A program made the position numbers and the translations under genes. Under the pieces are notes generated by a model. It was not told the DNA's origin, did not search any database, and was given only the letters and a program-made list of their open reading frames with translations. From contig DYGW01000001.1 of the NCBI GenBank assembly GCA_020724485.1, forward strand, positions 2,559-66,558: DNA of 64,000 nucleotides, read 5' to 3'. Shown in pieces: positions 8,861 to 18,995 of the stretch (positions are counted from its first letter, which is position 1; the number at the start of each line of letters is the position of its first letter). This DNA comes from Thermoflexus sp. (GTDB lineage: Bacteria; Chloroflexota; Anaerolineae; Aggregatilineales; Aggregatilineaceae).

Positions 8861-10897
8861 GTGCAGAGGCAGGCGCGGCTCACGATGACTTCACGCGAAC
8901 TCCTCGCCATTCTGGAATTGACCAACGAGACTCTGACGGCCACAATCGTCATCGTGGCCATGTCTATCGTGCTGTACAACTTGGCTCGCAACACGCGCGA
9001 CCGCGTGACGCGCACTTCTAGCCTGGTGCTGCTGTGTGTCGTCTTCGCCTTCCTGGGGGACGTCTTCATCGCGCTCGATCCTGGCGACGAATACCTGGCG
9101 GTCTGGCTGCGCTTCCAGTGGATCGGGATCGCGTTTGTGCCGGCCACGCTGCTGCACCTGTCCGATGCGCTGCTGGCTACGACCGGGCGGCCATCGCGCG
9201 GGCGACGGCGGGCGGCCATTCGCCTGTCGTATGCGATGGGCGCGACGTTCACGTTGCTGGCCCTTTTCACCGATGCTGTGATCGCCGGGCCGCTCACTCC
9301 CGACATTCCGTACCTAGCCGCCAGGCCAGCGTTTCCCGTTTACGTCGCTTTCCTGCTGGTCGCTGCCGCCTTCTCGATGGTGAACGTCATCCGCGCACGC
9401 CAACGCTGCCTGACACGCTACACGCAGCGCCGCATGACGTATCTGCTGTCGGTGTTCCTGGCCCCGGCTTGGGGTATCTTTCCCTACTCGCTACTGGGGA
9501 GAATCGGTGTCGCGCGCGACACGACGTTGTTGATCGTGCTCAACCTGGCCAACATGATCCTGATGTTGATGCTCGTCTTCCTGGCCTATCCACTCTCCTT
9601 CTTTGGCTCGGAACGCCCCGACCGTGTGGTGAAATCGCAGCTTATGGAGTTCATGCTGCGCGGGCCACTCACCGGGGCGGCTGTGCTGGCGGTTGTTCTG
9701 TTCGTGCCGCGCGTGTCCAATGTTCTTGGCCTAGACGGTGATACATTCATGCCGTTTGCGGCAGTCGCCACGGTGCTTTTCTTGCAGTGGTCCATCACAC
9801 TGCTGTTGCCCGTGTTGCAGCGGTGGCTGATCTACACACAAGATCAGCAGCGGGCGCAATGGATTCAGCGGCTCAGCGACCGCTTGCTGACCCCGGCGGA
9901 TGCGTCCCAATTGCTTGAGGCGATTCTGGCGGCCATCTGTGACAACCTGCGCGTGCCTACGGCGTTTGTGGCCCAGATAGAGGCTGGCGGAGCGCGGCTG
10001 GTGCAGGTCGTAGGCGAGCTTGCACCCTCGTCTGAGGCGCTAACTTCGCCGGAGTTCTCGCGTATCGGCGGGGGCGATATAGCTGAACCGGACAGTCCCG
10101 CCCAGGAATTGCCGCGCTCCGGCGATTTCTACATCTGGCGATCTTACTGGCTGGTGCCCCTGCGCAGATCATCGGCTGCGCAGAATGGCGTGCAGGCCCG
10201 CTTGCTGGGCGTGCTGGGCGTGTGGGCGCGCGCGCCTCAGCCGGACCTGGGCGCTGAGGAGCAAGAGGTGTTCGCTGCGCTCACCGGGCAGGCCGCGCGC
10301 GTGTTGGAGGGCGTTCAGCACCAATCTGAGGTTTTCGCCGTGCTCGAAGGGCTGGCCTCGCAGATGGACATCATGCAGCGGTTGCGCGGCCTTTCGCGCT
10401 ATGGCCGTGTGGAGACTCTGCCCGAACCCGCCAATGATGTGCTGGCATCTTCCGACTTGCTGAACTTGGTCAAGGATGCCCTGCGCGACTACTGGGGCGG
10501 CCCCCGCCTGACTGAGAGCGAGCTACTCAAGCTCAACGTCGTTTGGCGCGAGATGGAAGAAAGCCAGGATCAGAACCCGGTGCGCGCGCTGCGCACGGTA
10601 CTGGCCCAGGCCATCGAGAACCTGCGCCCGGAAGGGCAGCGCAGCATGACGACCACCGAATGGATCCTTTACAACATCCTGGAAATGCGCTTCCTGCAGG
10701 GCCGCAAGGTGCGCGACGTGGCGCTGCGCCTGGCAATGAGCGAGTCAGACCTGTATCGCAAGCAGCGGGTAGCGATTGAGGAGGTGGCGCGGCAAGTTGA
10801 GGAGATGGAGCGGCAAGCCATCTCGGAACGCAGGCGGGCGGACGAGGAGCAAGCTTCTCAGGAGGCGCAGGCACCGGTCACAGCCGCGCCAGAATGA
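8861..10897 (+). CDS. membrane-embedded regulator: 7-9 TM sensor module, GAF-like domain and C-terminal sigma-70 region-4-like HTH
   Basis: The N-terminal ~300 aa form a polytopic hydrophobic region resembling the 7TM input of the kinase at 50067. The central part (LLEAILAAICDNLRVPTAFVAQIE...) is GAF-like. The C-terminus WILYNILEMRFLQGRKVRDVALRLAMSESDLYRKQRVAIEEVA matches the region-4 HTH pattern. GTG 8861 directly follows the GNAT stop TAG, with ATG 8885 as an alternative start. Confidence 0.6.
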   Translation: MQRQARLTMTSRELLAILELTNETLTATIVIVAMSIVLYNLARNTRDRVTRTSSLVLLCVVFAFLGDVFIALDPGDEYLAVWLRFQWIGIAFVPATLLHLSDALLATTGRPSRGRRRAAIRLSYAMGATFTLLALFTDAVIAGPLTPDIPYLAARPAFPVYVAFLLVAAAFSMVNVIRARQRCLTRYTQRRMTYLLSVFLAPAWGIFPYSLLGRIGVARDTTLLIVLNLANMILMLMLVFLAYPLSFFGSERPDRVVKSQLMEFMLRGPLTGAAVLAVVLFVPRVSNVLGLDGDTFMPFAAVATVLFLQWSITLLLPVLQRWLIYTQDQQRAQWIQRLSDRLLTPADASQLLEAILAAICDNLRVPTAFVAQIEAGGARLVQVVGELAPSSEALTSPEFSRIGGGDIAEPDSPAQELPRSGDFYIWRSYWLVPLRRSSAAQNGVQARLLGVLGVWARAPQPDLGAEEQEVFAALTGQAARVLEGVQHQSEVFAVLEGLASQMDIMQRLRGLSRYGRVETLPEPANDVLASSDLLNLVKDALRDYWGGPRLTESELLKLNVVWREMEESQDQNPVRALRTVLAQAIENLRPEGQRSMTTTEWILYNILEMRFLQGRKVRDVALRLAMSESDLYRKQRVAIEEVARQVEEMERQAISERRRADEEQASQEAQAPVTAAPE

Positions 10898-10947
10898 GAT
10901 GCACCTGACGTGCCGCAGAGGGGGCAAGCCGAGCGCAGTGAGGCAGT

Positions 10948-10977
10948 TTGACAACGATTCGGGGCGTTATCTATAAT
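10948..10977 (+). promoter_or_regulatory. sigma-70-type promoter for the S1-domain gene
   Basis: TTGACA (10948-10953), 18 nt spacer, TATAAT (10972-10977). Confidence 0.45.
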
Positions 10978-11068
10978 GGGCACGCCTTAGCATGTTTTCT
11001 CACAAAGAACACGAAGGCGGCGATCAGAACAGTCGGAGATGGCGAGAGGTTGAGGAAGGTGAGAGACG

Positions 11069-12052
11069 ATGTCTTCAGAGGTTCGGCACTACAGTTCTTC
11101 TCCCCCTCTTCCCCCGGATGAGGCGTACTGGGAAGCATTGCTCCACGAGGGAGAGAACGCGGCTACTGGGGGGGGGCCTCAGGAACACATTGCGTTCTGG
11201 GAAGACGCATCATCTTCAAGCGAAAAGAAGGGGCTGGCGGCTGAGGATCAGCCGGACGGTTCATCCGCAGATTGGGAACAAGTCCGCCACGCTTTTGAGA
11301 CGGACGCGACAGTGGAACTGCGCGTGATGGGACATAATCGTGGTGGGCTGCTGGTCGCGTGGAACAGCTTACGTGGGTTTGTCCCGGCCAGCCAACTGGT
11401 GGATTTTCCGGCGATGGCCGACGGGCGCGCCCGGCTTGACGCGCTGGCCCAGTGCATCGGGCAATCCCTGCGTCTGCGCGTGATCGAACTGGATTGCGCG
11501 CAGAACCGGCTCATACTCTCTGAACGTGCCGCTCAAGTCCAGCCCGGCACCCGTGCTTACGTCCTGAGCACCATTAAAGCGGGGGATGTGTGTCGGGGCC
11601 AGGTTACCAACCTGTGCGATTTCGGCGTGTTTGTGGATTTGGGTGGGCTGGAAGGACTGATTCACATCAGCGAGCTAAGCTGGGGGCGTGTCGGACATCC
11701 CAGTGACATCCTGCGGCGCGGCGATGTCATGGATGTCCACGTGATGAGTGTGGACCCCGCTCAGGAGCGTGTGGCGCTCAGCCTCAAGCGGCTGCGCCCA
11801 GACCCCTGGGAGACGGTCGAACAACGCTACCAGGTCGGGCAAATCGTGGAAGGCGTCATCACCAACGTGGTGGACTTTGGAGCGTTTGCGTGCATCGAGG
11901 AGGGCCTGGAGGGGCTGATTCATGTCTCCGAGCTGGCGGAGGGGCATTTTCTGCACCCCAGGAATGTCGTCCGCGAAGGAGATACAGTCAAGGCGCGCAT
12001 TCTCAACATTGACGGGCGCGCGCGGCGCCTGGGGCTGAGCCTCCGCCGCTGA
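11069..12052 (+). CDS. S1 RNA-binding domain protein (acidic N-terminus plus three S1 repeats)
   Basis: Repeated S1 signatures, e.g. GDVCRGQVTNLCDFGVFVDLGGLEGLIHISELS and GQIVEGVITNVVDFGAFACIEEGLEGLIHVSEL. Confidence 0.8.
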   Translation: MSSEVRHYSSSPPLPPDEAYWEALLHEGENAATGGGPQEHIAFWEDASSSSEKKGLAAEDQPDGSSADWEQVRHAFETDATVELRVMGHNRGGLLVAWNSLRGFVPASQLVDFPAMADGRARLDALAQCIGQSLRLRVIELDCAQNRLILSERAAQVQPGTRAYVLSTIKAGDVCRGQVTNLCDFGVFVDLGGLEGLIHISELSWGRVGHPSDILRRGDVMDVHVMSVDPAQERVALSLKRLRPDPWETVEQRYQVGQIVEGVITNVVDFGAFACIEEGLEGLIHVSELAEGHFLHPRNVVREGDTVKARILNIDGRARRLGLSLRR

Positions 12053-12154
12053 CTGCTGGCTCCACCCAGGTTATGCTGTGGACTGTGGGGACGCACGGTG
12101 AAATGCGGTGCGTCCCTCCTTTTATCCTGCAAAGCAGTTAGGAGTGAACAGATC

Positions 12155-13090
12155 ATGACTTTGCGACCGTCTCAGCTTTTCAGCACGTACAGCATCGTGG
12201 CTCGCGATGCGCAGACGGGCCAGCTTGGCGTTGCCGTGCAAACGCACCAGATGTGCGTGGGCAGCGTCGTCCCCTGGCTGATCCCAGGGGTGGGAGCTGT
12301 GGCCACGCAATCGCTGGTCAATATCTCGTTTGGCCCCATCGCCCTGGCTATGCTAGGCGAAGGGGTGCCCGCTCCCCAGGTTATTGCCGCGCTGGTGGCA
12401 TCCGACGCAGACGCGCACCGGCGTCAGGTCGCTGTGGTGGATGCGACAGGACGTGTCGGCGCGTGGACAGGGGAAGGGTGCATTCCTGAGGCGAGCCATC
12501 ACATCGGCGAAGGGTACAGCGTCCAGGCCAACATGATGACCAACCCCTCTGTCGTCCCGGCGATGGCCGCTGCCTTCGAGTCCGCAGGCGGCGACCTCGC
12601 CGGGCGGATGCTGGCAGCATTGCAGGCGGCGCAAGCGGAAGGGGGCGACATTCGCGGGATGCAGTCGGCGGCGCTGCGGGTCGTCTCTGGCCGGCGAGAA
12701 GACCCGTTCTGGCGCACCGATTACGATCTGCACGTTGACGAGCACGATGATCCCGTCACAGAATTGGGACGGTTGGTACGGCTCCGCCACGCCCAATTGC
12801 TTGACCAACAGGGCTACAAGGCGCTTGAAGCGGGCGACCGGGCGCAGGCGATGAGTCTATGGGCGCAAGCGTGCGCCGAAGCGCCGGAACTGGAAGAACT
12901 CCCCTTCTGGCAGGCAATGGCACTGGCCGATGACCTTGCCGATGCCGAGGCAGGCGCGCGGTTGCTGCGTCCGGCTCTGCGCGACGACCCGCGCCGCGAA
13001 CATTGGCTTGACCTGGCGCTGCGTTTGCAGGCGTGTGGGCTGGTCAAGCGCGAAGGGGCGGCTTCCGAAGTGGTAGAGCGCCTGCGCTAG
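12155..13090 (+). CDS. DUF1028 family (Ntn-hydrolase fold) protein with helical C-terminal extension
   Basis: N-terminus TYSIVARDAQTGQLGVAVQTHQMCVGSVVPW is typical of DUF1028. ATG 12155 has AGGAG at 12140-12144. Confidence 0.78.
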   Translation: MTLRPSQLFSTYSIVARDAQTGQLGVAVQTHQMCVGSVVPWLIPGVGAVATQSLVNISFGPIALAMLGEGVPAPQVIAALVASDADAHRRQVAVVDATGRVGAWTGEGCIPEASHHIGEGYSVQANMMTNPSVVPAMAAAFESAGGDLAGRMLAALQAAQAEGGDIRGMQSAALRVVSGRREDPFWRTDYDLHVDEHDDPVTELGRLVRLRHAQLLDQQGYKALEAGDRAQAMSLWAQACAEAPELEELPFWQAMALADDLADAEAGARLLRPALRDDPRREHWLDLALRLQACGLVKREGAASEVVERLR

Positions 13091-13169
13091 CCGGAAGGCA
13101 ACCGAACACAGGGCCAGTGGTGCTCATGGTCTGAGCAGCCAGTGCGCGTCTGGCTGTTGCACAGACTGC

Positions 13170-13610
13170 TCACCCCTGCCGGTAGGCTTTGGCAGCCACC
13201 TGCACCATCGTCACCATACCCATCAAGCCTTGTCCCTTGCCCATCGAGATATCGTTGCCGAACAGCTTCAAGACAATGTCCGGCGTAACGGTGGCGATCC
13301 ACGCCGCCGGCAGACCAGAGAGCGACTCGGTCAGGATGGCCGCGAGGGCCATCGCCGAAAGCCCCTGAGGATTCTCGACGGCAAAGTAAAGGCGCAGCGA
13401 ACCATTTCCTTCTGGATTGGCCCAGACGTAGGCGTCCGATTCGCAGAACGGCACGCGGTGGTCTGCGGGGTAGGGCGGAGCAGCGATGTCTGCCGGCACC
13501 GGCGTGAAGCGATCCGCCCAATCCATCAGCAGCTCAGCGCGCTCTGACCGCGACGTGACAAAGGCGAAATCGGCGAGTACCTCGTTCAGTCTGCCAGGAT
13601 AGTCTGTCAT
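13170..13610 (-). CDS. sufE: SufE-like sulfur acceptor protein
   Basis: SufE pattern with the conserved Cys context VPFCESDAYVW. ATG 13608-13610 lies 17 nt downstream of the rhodanese stop. Confidence 0.8.
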   Translation of the reverse strand: MTDYPGRLNEVLADFAFVTSRSERAELLMDWADRFTPVPADIAAPPYPADHRVPFCESDAYVWANPEGNGSLRLYFAVENPQGLSAMALAAILTESLSGLPAAWIATVTPDIVLKLFGNDISMGKGQGLMGMVTMVQVAAKAYRQG

Positions 13611-13627
13611 TCGGCGTCCGTGATCCC

Positions 13628-14500
<873 letters not shown>

Positions 14501-14638
14501 TCCTTCTCACCATCTGCCCACCGGGGCAGGCGCTTCTTCCATATGGAATGCCTCACTGGAAATATTATAGACGATTATCATAAAAATTACCCAGTGGGTG
14601 GGCGCGCTCTGGCGCGACTCTGCCTGCTGGTCGCTGGG

Positions 14639-14819
14639 TCCACGAACAAGTCGTGAACGTGTTTGTCCTCCCTCCTCCCCGGCCTTTCCCCCACGAGGGG
14701 GGAAGGGAGAAAAGCGGCGGGCCGGCTTCCCTTCCCTCCGCGCAGCGTGGGGGAAGGGGTTGAGGAATGGGGGGCAATCCCAGCGCCCAAGTGCCCAGCC
14801 CTAACAGGTTGTTCGTGGA
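14639..14819 (+). mobile_element. MITE-like intergenic repeat, family 1, copy 1
   Basis: 181 bp bounded by perfect 11-bp terminal inverted repeats TCCACGAACAA...TTGTTCGTGGA. It is roughly 90% identical by eye to 56733-56921, apart from a few substitutions and an approximately 8-bp indel, and has a G/C-rich palindromic interior. Confidence 0.75.
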
Positions 14820-14881
14820 CCCCTGGTCGCTTGCCAAGTGGAAACCGGGGCGGTATAGTTCGGGACGTAAGGGGTAGAATT

Positions 14882-15541
14882 GTGCCTGAGAGAGAGCACG
14901 CCTTGAGCCGACGAAAAACTTCCTGCGTTGGCCAGCGCCGCGCCTTGTTCGCGGAACTGCTGCTGGTCTACTACTTCTTCTTGCGCCCGCAACTACGCAA
15001 ATGGGGCACGCGCCTGGGTGAGGCGCAGCGACGGCTGCCGGGTGATGAGATCATCCCCAGCCCCACTTTCGAGACGACGCACGCGGTTAACATTGACGCG
15101 CCGCCAGAAACCGTGTGGCCCTGGATCGCGCAGATGGGGCGCGAGCTGACCGGCTATTACGCGCTGGATTTGCTGATGAATCAGGGCATCCCCAGCGTGG
15201 ATTTTCTGCGGCAGGACTTGGCGGCTCCCGCTGTTGATCAGCCGATGGACGGCGGCTTCCGCATCCTCGATCTGACGCCTGGCCGGATGCTTCTCTTCGG
15301 CGGCTTCAACTTGAAGTTGCCGCTTGGTGCCGCGCACGATGTGACCTACCTCTATCTGCTGGAGCGCCGGCGGGATGGCCGGACGCGACTGCTGGTGCGC
15401 CGGCGCGGCTATTGCTACAGCGCGCTGGGGACGGTTTGTGCCCTGGCGCTGGAAACCGTGCACTTTGCGTTCATCTTCCCACAGCTCAGACGCCTGAAAG
15501 CCTACAGCGAGTCGCAGCCCCGCCGGTGGGCGTCAGGCTAA
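14882..15541 (+). CDS. SRPBCC (START/Bet v1-like) family protein, putative
   Basis: THAVNIDAPPETVWPWIAQMG is typical of the first strand-helix of SRPBCC proteins. GTG 14882 has AAGGGG upstream. The track ORF start (14663) runs through the MITE-like repeat and is not credible. Confidence 0.55.
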   Translation: MPEREHALSRRKTSCVGQRRALFAELLLVYYFFLRPQLRKWGTRLGEAQRRLPGDEIIPSPTFETTHAVNIDAPPETVWPWIAQMGRELTGYYALDLLMNQGIPSVDFLRQDLAAPAVDQPMDGGFRILDLTPGRMLLFGGFNLKLPLGAAHDVTYLYLLERRRDGRTRLLVRRRGYCYSALGTVCALALETVHFAFIFPQLRRLKAYSESQPRRWASG

Positions 15542-15625
15542 GCTAGGCGGCACAACTCTCAGCGACGAAGTGCGTATATCACTACAGATGCACGCAGAAG
15601 TCTGAGAGGCCGTAAAGAGGATACC

Positions 15626-15928
15626 ATGAACCCACAGAAGCGACTCTACCGCTCGACACAAGACCGTATGTTCGCCGGAGTCTGTGGGGGGATTGGTGAG
15701 TACCTGGACGTTGATCCCACGCTGGTCCGCCTGGTCTTCGTGGCGCTGACCCTGCTGAGCAGCGGGTCGGGGCTGGTCATCTACGTCATCCTGATGCTGA
15801 TCGTCCCTGAGCGGCCCGCCGACAAGCGCAAGCTCAAGAGCAAGCACGACGCGGCTGAGTGGCCTGATCAGGGCCTCACAGACGATGCACCACCGCCAGA
15901 CGCCCCAGCAGATTATCGCACAGACTGA
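15626..15928 (+). CDS. PspC domain membrane protein
   Basis: LYRSTQDRMFAGVCGGIGEYLDVDPTLVRLVFV PspC signature followed by a TM helix. Confidence 0.85.
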   Translation: MNPQKRLYRSTQDRMFAGVCGGIGEYLDVDPTLVRLVFVALTLLSSGSGLVIYVILMLIVPERPADKRKLKSKHDAAEWPDQGLTDDAPPPDAPADYRTD

Positions 15929-15951
15929 CAGAACGACACGAGGTCGGCGGG

Positions 15952-17394
15952 CTAGTCGCTGCTCACGAGCGGATCGAGCGCGCCGCTGACAGGAGCCGAG
16001 ATCGGTTCGCCGGAAGTGGCGCGCAGATCGGCGACTCGCTGCTGGATGTCCCGCAGATACTCCCCGTGCAGTGGATAGATGCGCAGCAGGACGATCCCGA
16101 CCGCGAGAGCGAAGAGCGGTAGGAAGGCGACGAAGGCGCGGATCAGCGTGGCGACTGCTTCGGGCTGAGCGTCCGCAGCGAGATCAGCGTCGTACCCGGC
16201 CAGAGCCAGACCTTCGCCCAGCAGTAAGCCAGTCACTGCGGGCGGAAAGCGGAAGATGAACCCCAAGATGCCGCGATAGGAACCTTCTCGGCGAATGCCA
16301 GTCTTCGCGTAATCCTCGTCAACCACCTCAGCGAAAAGCATATCCGGGCCTAACACGACTCCCCCGATGGACGCGCCAAGCAGGGCCATCACGATGAGGG
16401 TGGCGGTCAGGCTGGACGTGACCAGCAGCGGCAGGGCAAAGACAACGGCAATGCTCATGGAGGCCAGCATAGCGGTGCGCGTGCCCACACGCCGGATGAC
16501 AACCTGCCACAGCAACACTGAGACGCCCGACGTGGCGAACAGCGCCAGCAGAATCTGGGTGAGTTGTTCCTCGCTGATGCGCAGGACGTAATCCGCGTAG
16601 AAGGGCATGGCGGCGACAATCACCGCCATGATGAAGCGCGTCGTGAAATTGATGCCCAGCACGATCAGGAAGGTGCGGTTGCCCAGCACCACGCGCATTT
16701 GCTGCCGCCAGGGCTGGTGCGGCTGCCGGGCGTAGGCTGGGTTTTCCTGGATGCCGATGAGCGACGCGAAGTACATCAGCGCGGCCAGCGTCCCCCACAG
16801 CACCGCGAGTGCATCCCAGCCCAGCCTGCCGTAGACCGTGGGGGTGAGCGCCACTGCCGTGCCATTGCCCACCACGAAACCGACCAGTTGGCGGGTGCTG
16901 GCGCTGGCGGCCCGGCTGCCCGTATCCTGGTACATTTCCGGGAACAGGGCGTCCTGGTTGAGCGTGACAATGGATTGCAGCAGGTCGTAGAGGCTGATGA
17001 TGACCAGGAAGTAGACCAGCAGGGCACTGGGATTGGAGTTGTCCAGCGGCGGGAGCCAGATCAGCGCGAAGGCGATGGCGGTCGGGACAGCCAGCAGTCC
17101 AATGAAGAAGCGCCGCCGCCCCCAGCGCGTGCTCGTGCGGTCGGACAGCCAGCCAGCGACCGGGTCATTGACGGCGTTCCAGAACCCGAACGCAAACCAG
17201 CCGCGCCCCACCCATTGTGGGGGCAGGCCCTTAACATCGGTGTAGAAGTACTGGATGAAGGTGTTGAAAGTCGTGTAAGTCAGCAGTCCGGCGGCATTGC
17301 CGAAGGCGTAGAGCAGGGTACGCCAGAAAGGAATGGCGCTGGCGGCGGCGGCGTGACTGGGCTGGGGCGGAGTGCCAGCAGACTCATGGGGCAT
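15952..17394 (-). CDS. GPH-family (glycoside-pentoside-hexuronide) MFS cation symporter
   Basis: 12-TM-like profile and GPH motif NAVNDPVAGWLSDRT. Start placed at ATG 17392-17394 (MPHESAG...). The track extension to 17787 overlaps the upstream PPC gene and is Arg/Ser/Cys-rich with no recognisable domain. Confidence 0.8.
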   Translation of the reverse strand: MPHESAGTPPQPSHAAAASAIPFWRTLLYAFGNAAGLLTYTTFNTFIQYFYTDVKGLPPQWVGRGWFAFGFWNAVNDPVAGWLSDRTSTRWGRRRFFIGLLAVPTAIAFALIWLPPLDNSNPSALLVYFLVIISLYDLLQSIVTLNQDALFPEMYQDTGSRAASASTRQLVGFVVGNGTAVALTPTVYGRLGWDALAVLWGTLAALMYFASLIGIQENPAYARQPHQPWRQQMRVVLGNRTFLIVLGINFTTRFIMAVIVAAMPFYADYVLRISEEQLTQILLALFATSGVSVLLWQVVIRRVGTRTAMLASMSIAVVFALPLLVTSSLTATLIVMALLGASIGGVVLGPDMLFAEVVDEDYAKTGIRREGSYRGILGFIFRFPPAVTGLLLGEGLALAGYDADLAADAQPEAVATLIRAFVAFLPLFALAVGIVLLRIYPLHGEYLRDIQQRVADLRATSGEPISAPVSGALDPLVSSD

Positions 17395-17452
17395 ACAGGT
17401 CAGTGTCCTCGGCTGGGATAGCACTGGTCGGGAAGGTGGGCGCGCGGCGACT

Positions 17453-18985
17453 TCAACCGCCCGGACGCACAAGCTCCAACGTGAGCAGGTAGGAGCCGCT
17501 GGTTGTGCCCTTCGCCCGGTCGAAACGCGAGGCGATGAGCAGGTACATGCCATCGGCGGGCAACTCAAAACGGTCAAGCCGCGCATTCTGCTCGCCGCCG
17601 CTGTCATCATCAAAGGCGATCTGTTTGCGCTCACTATCGTACAGCGTAACCAGCGAGTCGAGGTCGCCGTCAACGCGCTCCATCGTAATGCGCACGACAT
17701 CGCCCGCCTGGCCGACGAAGACGTACTCCTCCTCCGGGGTCTGGTCGGAGATAAGCCCGCTGACGGTCGCCCCATAGATGATCTCAAGCGCCTGCCCGTT
17801 GGTCAGCCCTGGCCGCCCGCTTAGTCGCAGCGCGAAAGCGCCTTGCGAGCGCCCTGCCTGCTCGCCGCTGCGCGACGCTGCGATGTAGTAGGTGCCGCGC
17901 TGGGGCAGGGCGAGCGCGGCAATGCGCGCGCCCCGGTCGTCTCCGCTGTTATCGTCTTCGGCCAGGGGGGTGAGGCTGGCATCGAGCACACGCACGAATG
18001 GGTCAAGCGAGCTATCCTGCCGCTGCATCGTCACGGCGATGACATCGCCACGCTCCGCCTCGAAACGGAAATAGCGAATCGGCGTCTCGTCGCTGATCGT
18101 GCCGGTGAGGGTCATTCCATAGTCAATCAGACGGGCGCTGTCCGGCTCCAGGCCGAGCATCTCGGCGGGCGTCTGCGTCACTGACAGAACAAACGTCCCT
18201 TCGGTGGTGCCCGCCTCGCGCCCGAAACGTGTGGCAACGATCAGGTAAACGCCGGAGCGGAGGGCGGTGTAGCTGGTGATGGCAGCGTCCAGCGTGCCGC
18301 CTGCCGACATGCCGTCGTCGTCGGACATCAGCACGATGCCGTCGGGGGTGGCGAGGTCGAGGTAGGGGTCGAGGTTGCCGGAGGTGCGTTGCATGGAGAT
18401 GGTGATCACATCTCCGCGCTGCGCTCGCAGAAAGTAGAAGGCCAGCGGTGCCTGGGCGGTGATCCGGCCCAACACCTGATCGCCGTAGGCCAGCGTGCTG
18501 TCTGCGGTGGGGCTGCTGCCGACGCGCTCAACGAACAAGGAAAAGTTGCCCGCCGTAGTGCCGTGCTCCTGCCCGAAGCGCGTGGCAATGATGAAGTAGC
18601 GCCCCGTAGCCGGAAGGCGCTCAAGTTCGATAAGGGCATCGGTACGGTCGCCGTCGTCGTCGCTGATGTTGAGGATGACGCCGTCACTGTTGGTGAGCAG
18701 CAGGAGGGGATCGAGGTCACCTGACAAGCGGCTCATGCTGATCGAGATGACCTCGTTTTCCTGGCCCGCGAAGATATAGATGTGGCGATGGCTCTCCCCG
18801 CCGATGGTGCCGGAGACCGGCTGCCCAACCTGAACCTCGACGCCGGTCTGCAGAAGGTCTCCCGCTCCGGCGTGGGGTAGGCCCCCGCTCAAGAAGTGGG
18901 GGGGCAGGGTGAGGCACACCAGAGCTAGGCCGAGGGCCAGCGTTCGTCGCCACCATCTCGCTACGGTATACCCGGTGCAGATCAT
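17453..18985 (-). CDS. secreted protein made of four PPC (pre-peptidase C-terminal) type repeats
   Basis: Signal peptide, then 4 units of ~105 aa with the pattern G.I......Y.F.G..GD.V.I.M.R..G.LD..L.L......L..DDDSG.....A.L....LP..G.Y.I.A.RF....GTT.G.F.L. No catalytic domain. Confidence 0.75.
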   Translation of the reverse strand: MICTGYTVARWWRRTLALGLALVCLTLPPHFLSGGLPHAGAGDLLQTGVEVQVGQPVSGTIGGESHRHIYIFAGQENEVISISMSRLSGDLDPLLLLTNSDGVILNISDDDGDRTDALIELERLPATGRYFIIATRFGQEHGTTAGNFSLFVERVGSSPTADSTLAYGDQVLGRITAQAPLAFYFLRAQRGDVITISMQRTSGNLDPYLDLATPDGIVLMSDDDGMSAGGTLDAAITSYTALRSGVYLIVATRFGREAGTTEGTFVLSVTQTPAEMLGLEPDSARLIDYGMTLTGTISDETPIRYFRFEAERGDVIAVTMQRQDSSLDPFVRVLDASLTPLAEDDNSGDDRGARIAALALPQRGTYYIAASRSGEQAGRSQGAFALRLSGRPGLTNGQALEIIYGATVSGLISDQTPEEEYVFVGQAGDVVRITMERVDGDLDSLVTLYDSERKQIAFDDDSGGEQNARLDRFELPADGMYLLIASRFDRAKGTTSGSYLLTLELVRPGG

Positions 18986-18995
18986 GACACGCCTG

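Noticed and set aside
17395-17787. 131-aa N-terminal extension of the GPH transporter ORF overlapping the 3' end of the PPC-repeat gene.
   Set aside because: The sequence is Arg/Ser/Cys-rich with no recognisable domain and overlaps a well-supported gene in another frame. Transporter homology and hydrophobicity begin after Met at 17394.
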